Below the pieces are notes generated by a model that saw only the letters and a list, made by a program, of their open reading frames with translations, was not told the origin of the DNA and ran no database searches. From an uncultured Candidatus Saccharibacteria bacterium (GTDB taxonomy: Bacteria > Patescibacteriota > Saccharimonadia > Saccharimonadales > AWTP1-31): 64,000 nucleotides of DNA. A program made the translations under genes and the position numbers. Numbering within the stretch: position 1 is the first letter of the stretch; every line of letters starts with the position of its first letter. The DNA is taken from contig CAZVTA010000001.1 in the NCBI GenBank assembly GCA_964629815.1, positions 118,357 through 182,356 on the forward strand, given 5' to 3'. Positions 37,030 to 48,678 of the stretch are shown piece by piece.

Positions 37030-37540
37030 CGAGTGCCTCACGTACTGTGTCTTTCGTAACATCAATTCCAACTATCGAGAGACAGGGTTCTTCTGATCGT
37101 GGAGGTTCTAGCTCGTCCGAAAGCCGATTAAAAACGTCGGTCTTGAGGTTGCCGAACGGTCGGTGCGGGTCGTTTTCGCCGTCTTGTGTAGCACGCTGTT
37201 TTGCAATATGCTTCGGCGTATTGATCCATATAAGCTGTACGTTAACGCCAAGCTTATGGGCAATGTCATACTTCTCTTTTCTGTGTATATAGCGGTTCAG
37301 GTTTGCGTCGTAAACGACGCTTTTTCCCTTCTGTAATAGCTGTTGGGTTTCTTTGTTGAGTCCGCTATATACTGCATCGTGTTCGTCTTGTGAAAAAGTT
37401 GGGTTTTTAAAATGAGTTACGCGAAACTGATCAGAAGACAAACGAACAGCACCGGTTGTATCAGCAATTATGCGTGCGATAGTTGTTTTGCCTGCGCCCG
37501 GATAGCCAAGCATCAGGTAAAGCGTTGGTCGTTGTTGCAT
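37004..37540 (-). CDS. P-loop kinase (AAA_33 / zeta-toxin-like NTPase fold)
   Basis: Walker A GYPGAGKTT. 178 aa. Confidence 0.55.
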   Translation of the reverse strand: MQQRPTLYLMLGYPGAGKTTIARIIADTTGAVRLSSDQFRVTHFKNPTFSQDEHDAVYSGLNKETQQLLQKGKSVVYDANLNRYIHRKEKYDIAHKLGVNVQLIWINTPKHIAKQRATQDGENDPHRPFGNLKTDVFNRLSDELEPPRSEEPCLSIVGIDVTKDTVREALDGTRQEKN

Positions 37541-37607
37541 ATAGTTAGACTACCGCGAAACGCAAAAGCAGACAAAATGTTTTGTCTGCTTTTAGTGTAA
37601 GGGCTGC

Positions 37608-38051
37608 TTACTTATCGCCAATCTCAATCTTCTTGGGCGTAGGTAGTTCCTTGAAAGGTACTTCTACGGTAAGGACGCCTTTGTTGAAGTGTGCTTTTAC
37701 CATATCTCCATCGGCGTGTTTTGGAAGCGCTAGTCGGCGATAAAAACTACTGTGGCTTTCGTGTACCATGTAGTTTCGCTTTTTAGCTTTGTCTTCGCTT
37801 TTTTCTTTGTGCTCACCTTTGATTTCGAGCACGCCATTATGTACGCTAACTTCGATCTCGTCTTTATCGAAGCCAGGTGCATGCACTTCAGTGACAAGTT
37901 TTTTATCATCCTCTGTGTACACATCGATTGCAGGCATTTGCTGGCCTACAGAAGGCATGCCGCTAAACATAGTGTTGAACATATCATCCAACTGCGAGTG
38001 CAGCGAAGTCAGTCCCGCAAAGGGATCATTAAAACGAATTAAATTACTCAT
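37608..38051 (-). CDS. Hsp20/alpha-crystallin family small heat-shock protein
   Basis: AIDVYTEDDKKLVTEVHAPGFDKDEIEVSVHNGVLEIKGE...GVLTVEVP. Confidence 0.85.
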   Translation of the reverse strand: MSNLIRFNDPFAGLTSLHSQLDDMFNTMFSGMPSVGQQMPAIDVYTEDDKKLVTEVHAPGFDKDEIEVSVHNGVLEIKGEHKEKSEDKAKKRNYMVHESHSSFYRRLALPKHADGDMVKAHFNKGVLTVEVPFKELPTPKKIEIGDK

Positions 38052-38134
38052 TTTTTCCTCCTTTTCTGGTGTTTCACCACCTACAGTGTAATAAAATTAG
38101 CACTCTCGTGTCAAGAGTGCTAGCTACGTTTATG

Positions 38135-38704
38135 TTAATAATCTATACCAGGGTTCGCGAGAAATTTATCGTCAAAATGATGTTTTATTTTGCTCATATC
38201 GGTAGCAATGTCGACGAGCGGTAAGAGTTTTTTTGGAAAATTGCGTCCGGTAAGACACAGGCTGGTGCTTGCGTGTTTTTTTTCGATGAGAGCACGAAGT
38301 TGATTTTCGGATAGCAGTCCGTCGTGTACGGCATTGTTTATCTCGTCGCAAATCACCAGCTGAAAATCTCCGCTGGTTGCGGCTTTGAAGGCTTCGTCAT
38401 ATGTGTGTTGTGCGGCAGCTTTGTGTTGTTCGGGAGTGATGTCTTGAGCGCTCAGTTCGCCAGCATTATAGAAGCCTTTGCCACCTTTATAGAAATGTAG
38501 TTGGTCTTTATAGAGCGGCAGAATGTCGCGAATGAACACATGTTCGCCAACGCCCCAATACTTTATAAACTGTATATACGCTACGTTCCATCTGCTGCCC
38601 AACGCCCGTACCAACAACCCTAGGCTCGCGCTAGTTTTTCCCTTGCCTTCACCCGTATACACCAGTACGACCGAATCTTTGCTATTAAAATCCTCGAAAC
38701 TCAT
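38135..38704 (-). CDS. cob(I)yrinic acid a,c-diamide adenosyltransferase-family (CobO/BtuR-like) protein
   Basis: YTGEGKGKTSASLGLLVRALG and LVICDEINNAV match the CobA/CobO/BtuR P-loop family. Confidence 0.65.
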   Translation of the reverse strand: MSFEDFNSKDSVVLVYTGEGKGKTSASLGLLVRALGSRWNVAYIQFIKYWGVGEHVFIRDILPLYKDQLHFYKGGKGFYNAGELSAQDITPEQHKAAAQHTYDEAFKAATSGDFQLVICDEINNAVHDGLLSENQLRALIEKKHASTSLCLTGRNFPKKLLPLVDIATDMSKIKHHFDDKFLANPGIDY

Positions 38705-38708
38705 ATAA

Positions 38709-39290
38709 CTATTCTACCTCGAATGTGAGCTGTCCTGGAACGACTTTTCGCCGACGAACTGCACGCTGATTATTTATCGCAGCTGTTACGGGCTCGAGGT
38801 GTCTTGGGTAGCAACAGCGCTTATTGTCGCACAAATGATCGAGCAAGTTAGAACCCGGGTGACCTACGAATTGCATGTATAATCCGCGGTGCGCCAGCAT
38901 AGGTACTTTGTCGAATGAATCACGGTTGTGGATCTGACCATAGCGCGCTCGTTTAATATTTGTGCCGGGGAATGTGTCGGTACCGTCTTTGTAGACGGGT
39001 TTTTCCCAACAGCCTAGCTCTGCATTGAACGTAATGTTGGCGATGTCTTTTGGTGATAGTAGTGGGCGATCGTTGGCAGCAATAAACGGCTCTGGTAAGC
39101 CTGAAGATTCAATAACAAGTGCTTGTAGGATGGCTAGCTCGGCAATGCTGAGCGCTAAAGGCGGTAGGACTTCGCCGCTGTCACGTACGACAGGGGCGCT
39201 GTGTTCGGCGTGTGTTAATTCAGTAGTACGAACTACAAAAAAATGTTCGCCACCACATAGATAAAATCTTTCGGCACACTCCTCTGTCAT
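38709..39290 (-). CDS. free-standing HNH endonuclease (phage-type)
   Basis: YGQIHNRDSFDKVPMLAHRGLYMQFVGHPGSNLLDHLCDNKRCCYPRHLEPVTAAINNQR is an HNH/AP2-like nuclease motif. Confidence 0.6.
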   Translation of the reverse strand: MTEECAERFYLCGGEHFFVVRTTELTHAEHSAPVVRDSGEVLPPLALSIAELAILQALVIESSGLPEPFIAANDRPLLSPKDIANITFNAELGCWEKPVYKDGTDTFPGTNIKRARYGQIHNRDSFDKVPMLAHRGLYMQFVGHPGSNLLDHLCDNKRCCYPRHLEPVTAAINNQRAVRRRKVVPGQLTFEVE

Positions 39291-39315
39291 GCACCAAATA
39301 ATACTCTATTATGTA

Positions 39316-39543
39316 TTATGCGCGAAGTGCGAGGTCGATCTGTTCGCGGTCAAATCCAACAACTATGTGCCCGTTAATATCGATAACTGGCGTAACAATC
39401 TGTCCAACATTATCCATGACCCACTGAGCAGCTTTTGGGTTTTCGCTTACATCAATTTCTTTGATTTTTTGTTTCCGGCTCTTCAGGTATTCGCGCGCCA
39501 TATGACAGTATGCGCAGGTGGGAGAGGAATATAGTGTAATCAT
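39316..39543 (-). CDS. glutaredoxin/NrdH-like thioredoxin-fold protein
   Basis: MITLYSSPTCAYCHMAREYL has a CxxC active site. The start is taken at the internal Met. Confidence 0.7.
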   Translation of the reverse strand: MITLYSSPTCAYCHMAREYLKSRKQKIKEIDVSENPKAAQWVMDNVGQIVTPVIDINGHIVVGFDREQIDLALRA

Positions 39544-39626
39544 AATCTTTATTATACGCCTTTCGCGCAAATTGTGCTTGTTTTGATGTGTCTATGACAG
39601 TAAATTTGTACTTCGGCAAAAACCTG

Positions 39627-39656
39627 TTGCGACATAGTAGTCACTCCTGTTATACT
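39627..39656 (+). promoter_or_regulatory. candidate sigma70-type promoter of the atp operon
   Basis: TTGCGA - 18 nt - TATACT about 75 nt upstream of the atpB ATG. The RBS ACAGGAGG precedes the ATG. Confidence 0.4.
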
Positions 39657-39730
39657 AGGTAAGAAATGAGCATACCTACCGCCATATTCATGACGAGTAC
39701 TGCCCTACTGGACAATACACAGGAGGCGCT

Positions 39731-40582
39731 ATGCTAAACTCTCTTCTAAAATTTGCAAATACCGATGGACCACACATTGCTTTAAGTCCGGAAAAGATTA
39801 CCGAAGTCGGTGGATTCACGATTAGTAATTCGATTATTTATGGATCGCTGTGTGCGCTATTGCTTGCCGTGCTACTTATTGTGGCGCGTTTTAAGATTCA
39901 CCGAAAAGCAGCCCGAGGATTCGCACAAATTGTAGAGATTTTGGTTGAATTTATTATTGGCCTCGTCGAAGGTCCGCTTGGTTCGCGCAAGAAAGCAGTA
40001 AAGTACGCCCCAATTTTTGGGACGTTTTTCTTGTTTATTATCTTTAGCAACCTCATGGGCTTATTGCCGATTGTTGGTCCTGGGGTGTTTGCGCGCACTG
40101 CCGAGGGCAATACACCGCTGTTCCGTCCATTTACTGCAGATCTTAATGGAACAATCGCTATGGCTGCCATCGCTATTATTACGATCCAGTATTTATCAAT
40201 TAAAGAGTCTGGGTTTCTTGGTCATTTAAAACACTACTTTACCGACAAGCCATTCAACCCGATCAATATGTTTATCGGAATCTTGGAGGTCTTCGGCGAG
40301 TTTACACGTATGATCAGCCTAAGCCTTCGACTATTCCTTAATACTGCCGTAGGAGAGATTCTTATTAGTGTCTTTGCTTACATAGGTAAAGATTTTCGTT
40401 CGTTTACTATTCTGCCTGTTGCCATGTTCGAGATGCTGGTAGCAGGAATTCAGGCGTACGTATTTACTGTACTGTGCGCAACGTATCTCGGGTTGGCCAT
40501 TAGCCATGGCCATCATGACGAAGAACATCCTGTCCACGAAGCCGACCCAGTGGTCGCGCAGCTGGAAGGTGATGTTACATAA
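39731..40582 (+). CDS. atpB: F0F1 ATP synthase subunit a
   Basis: MISLSLRLFLNTAVGE (conserved Arg helix). Multi-TM. Confidence 0.85.
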   Translation: MLNSLLKFANTDGPHIALSPEKITEVGGFTISNSIIYGSLCALLLAVLLIVARFKIHRKAARGFAQIVEILVEFIIGLVEGPLGSRKKAVKYAPIFGTFFLFIIFSNLMGLLPIVGPGVFARTAEGNTPLFRPFTADLNGTIAMAAIAIITIQYLSIKESGFLGHLKHYFTDKPFNPINMFIGILEVFGEFTRMISLSLRLFLNTAVGEILISVFAYIGKDFRSFTILPVAMFEMLVAGIQAYVFTVLCATYLGLAISHGHHDEEHPVHEADPVVAQLEGDVT

Positions 40583-40654
40583 GCCATTACAAAATATCCG
40601 CGAGATAGTTCGCTAAGCGGGCACTCGTGGTACTAAGGATAAAAAGGAGTACAA

Positions 40655-40921
40655 ATGGCACCACAATTAACACGATTTGCAGCAGAGGCTGCAGAAGTGG
40701 CACAAAGAGGCGGTTGGAACCCAACTGCAAGTAAAGCTTTCATGCTTGGTATTGCGTTTGCAGCAGCAGCGCTTGGCCTGGGTATGGTAGGTGCAAACTA
40801 CATGAAAGCATTGGGTCGTAACCCAGAAGCTGGTAAGGCTGCCGGCCAAATCGTTATTATCGCAGCCATGATCGAGGTTACAGCGCTTCTCGCCTTCCTC
40901 GGTGCGTTAATCGTTAAATAA
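40655..40921 (+). CDS. atpE: F0F1 ATP synthase subunit c
   Basis: Two-helix hairpin with LGLGMVGANYMKALGRNPEA...IIAAMIEVTALLAF (conserved carboxylate E). Confidence 0.9.
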   Translation: MAPQLTRFAAEAAEVAQRGGWNPTASKAFMLGIAFAAAALGLGMVGANYMKALGRNPEAGKAAGQIVIIAAMIEVTALLAFLGALIVK

Positions 40922-40929
40922 AGGTATAT

Positions 40930-41484
40930 ATGCTCGAGCTTATTCAATTTGTTACATTCGCGTCGACAGCGGCAGAAGCCGAAGAAAAATCTGGTATTGC
41001 CGTATTGGGTATTGATCCAAAAGTAATTCTTTTGCAGGCAGGAACATTCTTGCTCTTGTTCTTTATTCTCAAAAAGTTTGCGCTAGAAAACATCGTGAAG
41101 ACGCTCGAGCAACGCCGAAAAACTATCGACAAAGGTGTTGAGTTGGGTTTGTCTATGCAGGCCCAGAAACGAGAGTTCGATGAAGACCTCAAAAAACTGC
41201 ATCATCAGGCTCGTGCGCAAGCCGATAAGATTATCGCCGAAGCTCATCAAGAAGCCGGTACGATTATCAAAGATGGCGAAGCAGCTGCCGCTAAGAAAGT
41301 TGATAGCATGCTTGCCGATGCGCAGGCGCGTATCGACCGTGAAATTACTTCGGCTCGTGAAGGTTTGCGTAATGAAATGCTTGCGTTGGTAAGTGAAGCA
41401 ACCGAAGTAATCCTAGAAGAAAAAATCGACGCCCAAAAAGACAAAGGTCTTATTGAGCGAGCATTGGCACGGGTAAAGGGTTAA
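40930..41484 (+). CDS. atpF: F0F1 ATP synthase subunit b
   Basis: An N-terminal TM helix followed by a long charged coiled coil. Operon position. Confidence 0.75.
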   Translation: MLELIQFVTFASTAAEAEEKSGIAVLGIDPKVILLQAGTFLLLFFILKKFALENIVKTLEQRRKTIDKGVELGLSMQAQKREFDEDLKKLHHQARAQADKIIAEAHQEAGTIIKDGEAAAAKKVDSMLADAQARIDREITSAREGLRNEMLALVSEATEVILEEKIDAQKDKGLIERALARVKG

Positions 41485-41485
41485 T

Positions 41486-41881
41486 ATGGCCAAGCCTAGC
41501 GTTCGTACTCTCGCAGAAGTGATGCTCAGTCGTATTGATGCGGGTGATTCATCGGCTGCAGTTGTAGAGCGCATGGCGGCGTATTTGGTTGCTGAGCGGC
41601 GTACCGCCGAAGCACCGGCAATTATTCGTGCGCTCGACCGGTTGCTGCTTGAAAAGCGCCATACACTGAATCTGACGGTTACGTCGCGAACATCAGTCGA
41701 TACTGCGCAGTTGAATGCAATCAAAGAGCTATTTTTAGCCCAGACACAAGCAAAACATGTACACATAGAAACCAAACAAGATTCGTCTGTAATTGGCGGT
41801 GTGTTGGTTGAGTCAGCCGACCACCGACTCGATTTGACCGTACGCCGGCAATTACAACGACTAAAAGGTGTGAAGAGATAA
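41486..41881 (+). CDS. atpH: F0F1 ATP synthase subunit delta (short, 131 aa)
   Basis: C-terminal [24 protein letters not shown]. Operon position. Confidence 0.65.
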   Translation: MAKPSVRTLAEVMLSRIDAGDSSAAVVERMAAYLVAERRTAEAPAIIRALDRLLLEKRHTLNLTVTSRTSVDTAQLNAIKELFLAQTQAKHVHIETKQDSSVIGGVLVESADHRLDLTVRRQLQRLKGVKR

Positions 41882-41895
41882 CAGGAGTACTATAT

Positions 41896-43422
41896 ATGGC
41901 ACAAGTAAGTATTAAAGACCTGAGTGCAGATATTCGAAAAGCCATCGATGCACTCAAAGTAAGCCCCGACGTAGAAACGGTCGGTATTGTAACGCGTATC
42001 GGTGACGGTATTGCATGGATATACGGGCTGTCTAACTGTGGTTATAACGAAATGATCGAAATTGAAACCAGTTCGGGCGTGGTTCCGGCTTTTGCGCTGA
42101 ACCTTATGGACGGCGAAATCGGTGCAGTACTCATGGACGAAGACGTAAAAGTGCGCGCTGGCGACCGAGCTAAACTAACGGGCCGCGTTATGGAGGTTCC
42201 TGTTGGCGAAGAGTTGGTTGGTCGTGTGGTTGATCCGCTTGGCCGTCCGCTCGACGACAAAGGACCAATTAAAACCAAGCATACCGGTCTTGTAGAGCGC
42301 CCTGCTCCGGGAGTGTTAGATCGAAAAAGCGTGCACGAACCACTCATGACTGGTCTTATGGGTATTGATGCCATGGTTCCGATTGGCCGTGGTCAGCGTG
42401 AGTTGATTATCGGTGATCGTCAGACAGGTAAGACAGCCGTTGCGATCGACACCATGATCAACCAATATCGCCAAAAAACTGGGGTTATCAACATCTATGT
42501 TGCGGTTGGCCAGAAGATGAGCAAAGTCTCGCGCATTATCGAGCGCCTAAAGCGCGAAGGTGTCATGGATCAGACTATCGTAGTTGCCACGGGCGCATCA
42601 GACCCTGCATCACTACAGTATCTTGCACCATATGCCGGTGCTGCCATGGGCGAATACTTCCGCGATAATGGCAAACATGCACTTATTATCTATGACGACC
42701 TTTCAAAGCATGCTGTTGCTTACCGACAAATGTCTTTGCTCCTTCGTCGCCCACCAGGTCGCGAAGCGTATCCGGGCGATGTTTTCTACTTGCACTCGCG
42801 CTTGCTCGAGCGCGCAGCTAAAATGAGCGACGCCAAAGGTGCTGGTAGTTTGACTGCCCTACCGATTATCGAGACGCAAGCGGGCGATATTAGTGCCTAT
42901 ATTCCAACCAACGTTATTTCGATTACCGACGGTCAGATCTTTATGGAAACCAACCTGTTCTATCAGGGTATTCGACCAGCGGTATCTGTAGGTCTTAGTG
43001 TTTCGCGTGTGGGTGGTAGTGCCCAGACTAAAGCCGTAAAGAGCGTGGCGGGTAGCTTGCGTCTGGACCTGGCACAGTTCCGTGAACTAGCTGCCTTTGC
43101 ACAGTTTAGTACCGACCTCGACCCAGAAACAAAGTCAAAGATTGAACGCGGCCAGCGCCTTACCGAGCTCCTAAAACAACCACAGTACAGCCCTTTGAGT
43201 GTGTGGGAACAAACAGCTTCGCTGTTAGCTGCCACAGAGGGTGCTTTTGACACGGTGCCGGTTGCAAAAATCAAAGAAGCCCAGAGTGCGCTTCTGCATG
43301 AACTGCATGCGCAGCACCGTAAAGCCATGGACGAGCTCAATAAGGGCGACAAGCCAACCGATGCAATTAAAGAAGCAATTCTTAGTGTTGCTAAAGGCAT
43401 CGCCGAAGGACTCGAGGGCTAA
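41896..43422 (+). CDS. atpA: F0F1 ATP synthase subunit alpha
   Basis: P-loop [18 protein letters not shown]. 508 aa. Confidence 0.95.
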   Translation: MAQVSIKDLSADIRKAIDALKVSPDVETVGIVTRIGDGIAWIYGLSNCGYNEMIEIETSSGVVPAFALNLMDGEIGAVLMDEDVKVRAGDRAKLTGRVMEVPVGEELVGRVVDPLGRPLDDKGPIKTKHTGLVERPAPGVLDRKSVHEPLMTGLMGIDAMVPIGRGQRELIIGDRQTGKTAVAIDTMINQYRQKTGVINIYVAVGQKMSKVSRIIERLKREGVMDQTIVVATGASDPASLQYLAPYAGAAMGEYFRDNGKHALIIYDDLSKHAVAYRQMSLLLRRPPGREAYPGDVFYLHSRLLERAAKMSDAKGAGSLTALPIIETQAGDISAYIPTNVISITDGQIFMETNLFYQGIRPAVSVGLSVSRVGGSAQTKAVKSVAGSLRLDLAQFRELAAFAQFSTDLDPETKSKIERGQRLTELLKQPQYSPLSVWEQTASLLAATEGAFDTVPVAKIKEAQSALLHELHAQHRKAMDELNKGDKPTDAIKEAILSVAKGIAEGLEG

Positions 43423-43426
43423 TTAT

Positions 43427-43891
43427 ATGCCTCGAAGAGATTATTTAGGCGAAGCCCATGGCCAGAGGCAGATTTTTGCTGCTGGAATAAAAGAAGGTCA
43501 ACGATTGGGGCGTGAAAGAGCGGATGCTGCTCATCATATCAGTTGTGCCGATGCGTATATTATGGGAGAGAAAGAATTTGTTAAGGATGATGGTAGGGGT
43601 GGCTATCGAAGATGGGGTAATGCTTTGTTTGTGGCGCTTGGATTTGACCTTTATAGTAGTTTAAGAAATCACATTGGAACCGTAGAGTTTGAAGAGCTTG
43701 AAGCTCGATTAGACGTGGTTATTGATTTTGTAGTTCAGGCGGCTTTGGCGGTTGAGCGTGGTGAGATAAAGCCAACACGAGGACAGCGTCATGCAGGAGA
43801 AACAGCAGAAACATTTCCGGTACCGACTGCAGAAGTTCTTGCTCGCTTAGGATTTGAGGCTCAGCCAGCAGTTGGGGATGTAGATGGCTAG
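43427..43891 (+). CDS. hypothetical protein inserted between atpA and atpG
   Basis: 154 aa (MPRRDYLGEAHGQR...). It starts 4 nt after the atpA stop and its stop overlaps the atpG start by 8 nt. No recognised domain. Confidence 0.5.
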   Translation: MPRRDYLGEAHGQRQIFAAGIKEGQRLGRERADAAHHISCADAYIMGEKEFVKDDGRGGYRRWGNALFVALGFDLYSSLRNHIGTVEFEELEARLDVVIDFVVQAALAVERGEIKPTRGQRHAGETAETFPVPTAEVLARLGFEAQPAVGDVDG

Positions 43892-44753
43892 TCGACAGCA
43901 GCTTAAAACACGCATTGGCTCGGTTAAAAATACCAAGCAAATTACCAAGGCTATGGAGCTGGTTAGTGCTAGTAAAATGCGCCGTGCCCAAGAGCTTGCT
44001 AATCGGAGCCGCGAATATCGAAATATGGCACGGCATATTCTGCTGCGACTCCGTGAATTGACCGACGTATCGAAACACCCGTTGTATGTGCAGCGTCCTG
44101 TAAACACGCGGCTACATATTGTAGTAACCAGCAACCGCGGGCTGGCTGGTGCGTATAACAGCAACGTACTGCGCCGCCTCACGACCGAACTGCAGGCCGA
44201 TAAAGACGCGGGTATTGCAAGCAAGGTTATTGTGGTTGGTAAACAAGGTGCAAAGTTTATTGTTCGGTTTGATGATGTTGAAGTATTAGCCGTCTATGCC
44301 GACTTCCCTGACCACCCGTCGGCCAACGATATTCGCCCAATTATGGAATCAGTCAAAGAAGCGTTTACAACTGGAGCAGTCGATGCGGTTGACGTGCTTT
44401 ATACCGACTACAAGTCAAGCATCAATCAAGAAGTAACCGCAGAACGAATTTTACCTGCTGCACACAGCGATACTGAAATTGAATCGGTTGAAGTTGTTGA
44501 TGTTGAGTTTGAGCCGTCGCCACAAACTGTGCTTAATGCCGTTACCGAACGACTTATCGAAGCACAGTTATCGCAGGCATTTTTAGAGTCGAGTGCCAGC
44601 GAACAGAGTATGCGCATGATGGCCATGAAGAGTGCAACCGACAATGCCAGCGACCTGATAGACGACCTAACACTTGCTTTTAACACAGCGCGCCAAGCAG
44701 CAATTACACAAGAACTCGCAGAAATTACCGGTGGTGTGGAGGCGATAAAATGA
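43884..44753 (+). CDS. atpG: F0F1 ATP synthase subunit gamma
   Basis: MASRQQLKTRIGSVKNTKQITKAMELVSASKMRRAQE. Confidence 0.9.
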   Translation: MASRQQLKTRIGSVKNTKQITKAMELVSASKMRRAQELANRSREYRNMARHILLRLRELTDVSKHPLYVQRPVNTRLHIVVTSNRGLAGAYNSNVLRRLTTELQADKDAGIASKVIVVGKQGAKFIVRFDDVEVLAVYADFPDHPSANDIRPIMESVKEAFTTGAVDAVDVLYTDYKSSINQEVTAERILPAAHSDTEIESVEVVDVEFEPSPQTVLNAVTERLIEAQLSQAFLESSASEQSMRMMAMKSATDNASDLIDDLTLAFNTARQAAITQELAEITGGVEAIK

Positions 44754-45043
44754 GCGGGGTGCATGTAACTGGCCAGGTAGGCGCTGATATTGAAGCATTG
44801 GTTGGAGATGCTAAAGCGGGATATGCAGAGGCAATTGACAAGTTGGCATCTGGGTACGTTTCTACTGTAGAAGTTCGTACAGGTCGGTTTGGTGGTTTTC
44901 GTGGTGCAGAAGTGGTCGTCGATGAGACTGCTAGGCAAAACGCAATTTCGTTGATTGAAGCTATGATAGGAAGTATTGTTACAAAAGCATACCATTCTGG
45001 TCGCCAAGCAGAGAGCCTTGGTCGTGCGGAGGAAGCAAAATGA
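44750..45043 (+). CDS. hypothetical protein (97 aa) inserted after atpG
   Basis: ATGA overlap with the atpG stop. Gly/Ala-rich, no recognised domain. Confidence 0.45.
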   Translation: MSGVHVTGQVGADIEALVGDAKAGYAEAIDKLASGYVSTVEVRTGRFGGFRGAEVVVDETARQNAISLIEAMIGSIVTKAYHSGRQAESLGRAEEAK

Positions 45044-45530
45044 GCCAGCAAGAACTTGGTTTTCCGGACTACGTAAGTCTCGAACGTTACCCACACGAGC
45101 CGATTGTTAAGGACATGGCCATAGACCTTGTGACTATTGCCGAACAAAAAAGCAGCCGGCTACCCCGCCGAGTACGTAAAGCATTTCATAACAATAAAGA
45201 TCTAATCGTCAAAGGTGCGCAGTGGTCAACGACAATCTTTGTAACAGGACAATTTGAGTACGAGTCCGACTTGCAACAGCCGGAACTGTTTAGTGAAGTT
45301 CATGCCGACGCGTTGAATGAACGTGTGCTAAGAGGCGCTCAGTATGTGGGTGCAGCAATAATGCACGACGTAACACGGACTATGCCGTTTCGTTATCGCT
45401 ATAATCCGATCGTTCGTATTGATGATAAAAGAATGTCAGTAGCAGATTGGGCCGAGAACGTATGGGCACCAAACTATACCAAACGTTTTGTGATGGCCGC
45501 AACAATGCATGATGCTCGGGAGATGCAGTA

Positions 45531-45531
<1 letters not shown>
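45040..45531 (+). CDS. hypothetical protein (163 aa)
   Basis: ATGA overlap with the upstream ORF. No recognised domain. Confidence 0.45.
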
Positions 45532-47579
<2,048 letters not shown>

Positions 47580-47580
<1 letters not shown>

Positions 47581-47822
47581 TGGGCGGCGGTGTTACAGGC
47601 TATGGTAGTGACGAACAGCCAAGAATTGGTGTAGGTTTTGACGGCTTGCAACCTGGTTGGGCACAAGATCATGTTGAGCTTCGCGCAGCCTTCTCAGACT
47701 GGCTAACAGGAAAATATCCAGAAGCGCGCGTATTGGGTGATGTGGTGGATGCGCGTAAAGCGGCTGCTGAACTTGGGGAACTTGCTATCTCGGATGCAGC
47801 CGAAGGATTAAACAATGCTTAG
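47580..47822 (+). CDS. hypothetical protein (80 aa) inserted after atpD
   Basis: TAATG overlap with the atpD stop. No recognised domain. Confidence 0.4.
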
Positions 47823-47878
47823 ATTCGAGATCGTTCAATAGGAGTGTAGTGATAGGTCGGGGTCTAACTGGTTAAATG

Positions 47879-47887
47879 TGGTATAAT
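47879..47887 (+). promoter_or_regulatory. possible internal extended -10 promoter element (TGgTATAAT)
   Basis: aaatgTGgTATAATag in the 98-nt gap upstream of ORF 47921 and atpC. Confidence 0.3.
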
Positions 47888-47920
47888 AGTATGTATAAGT
47901 TATAAGTTGAGAGGCACAGA

Positions 47921-48184
47921 ATGGTGTACAAAGCTGAACAATCCAGAATAGATCGTGCGCGAGCGCATGCACAGACTGAAGCCATGGATCGAGCTGGTTT
48001 TACTGGAAGCAAAGAGGAATATGCGGGTCTTGATAGTATTAATAGTCTGGTACAGCAAAGATTGGGTTGGCTCGCGACACATCCTAGACCAGGTGAGAGC
48101 GGAGGCGCTTCTCAAGCTGCAATACATCGTGAAAAGCTAAGAATTAGAGCCGAGCTAGATACTTTAAGACGCCCGGATTATTAA
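47921..48184 (+). CDS. hypothetical protein (87 aa) preceding atpC
   Basis: Ends 4 nt before the atpC start. Charged/helical, no recognised domain. Confidence 0.4.
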   Translation: MVYKAEQSRIDRARAHAQTEAMDRAGFTGSKEEYAGLDSINSLVQQRLGWLATHPRPGESGGASQAAIHREKLRIRAELDTLRRPDY

Positions 48185-48188
48185 GAGA

Positions 48189-48623
48189 ATGATAAGGTTT
48201 GAGCTAGTCACATTGTCGGGTGTAAAGTCGCGCAGCGAAGTCTATGAAGTTGTGCTCCCTACCCCACAAGGTTATATTGCGGTGTTCCCAGAACATGCTC
48301 CGCTTGTTAGTATTGCGCAAACTGGTGTTATTAGTGTACGCCTTAAACAAGGCGATGCAGACGAGCGCATGAAGCACTATGCGGTCAATGGTGGTGTAAT
48401 AGAAATTGCCAATAACACGGTACGCGTGCTTGTAGACGAAGCTGATGACGAAGTAGATATTGTTGAGGCGGAGGTTCAAAAAGCATTGGCCGAGGCAAAA
48501 GAACTGGCAAAAAATGCGCGAGATTCGATATCGCTTGCTCAAGCACAAGCCCTCGTAGACAGACAATCAACACGTCTGCGCGTAGCAGAGCTGCGTCGTC
48601 GCAAACAAAGCACCATGCGCTAG
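48189..48623 (+). CDS. atpC: F0F1 ATP synthase subunit epsilon
   Basis: MIRFELVTLSGVKSRSEVYEVVLPTPQGYIAVFPEHAPL is the typical epsilon N-terminal beta-sandwich, followed by a helical C-terminus. Confidence 0.85.
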   Translation: MIRFELVTLSGVKSRSEVYEVVLPTPQGYIAVFPEHAPLVSIAQTGVISVRLKQGDADERMKHYAVNGGVIEIANNTVRVLVDEADDEVDIVEAEVQKALAEAKELAKNARDSISLAQAQALVDRQSTRLRVAELRRRKQSTMR

Positions 48624-48678
48624 TTGAAAATACTAGCAAGTAGTGTATAATACTAATTTTGTAAGATGAGGAATATGC

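Noticed and set aside
44426-45147. 222-aa and 140-aa minus-strand ORFs inside the atp-operon inserts
   Set aside because: They are antisense to the tightly start/stop-coupled plus-strand series, so the plus-strand reading is preferred. They could only be real if the plus-strand inserts were not.
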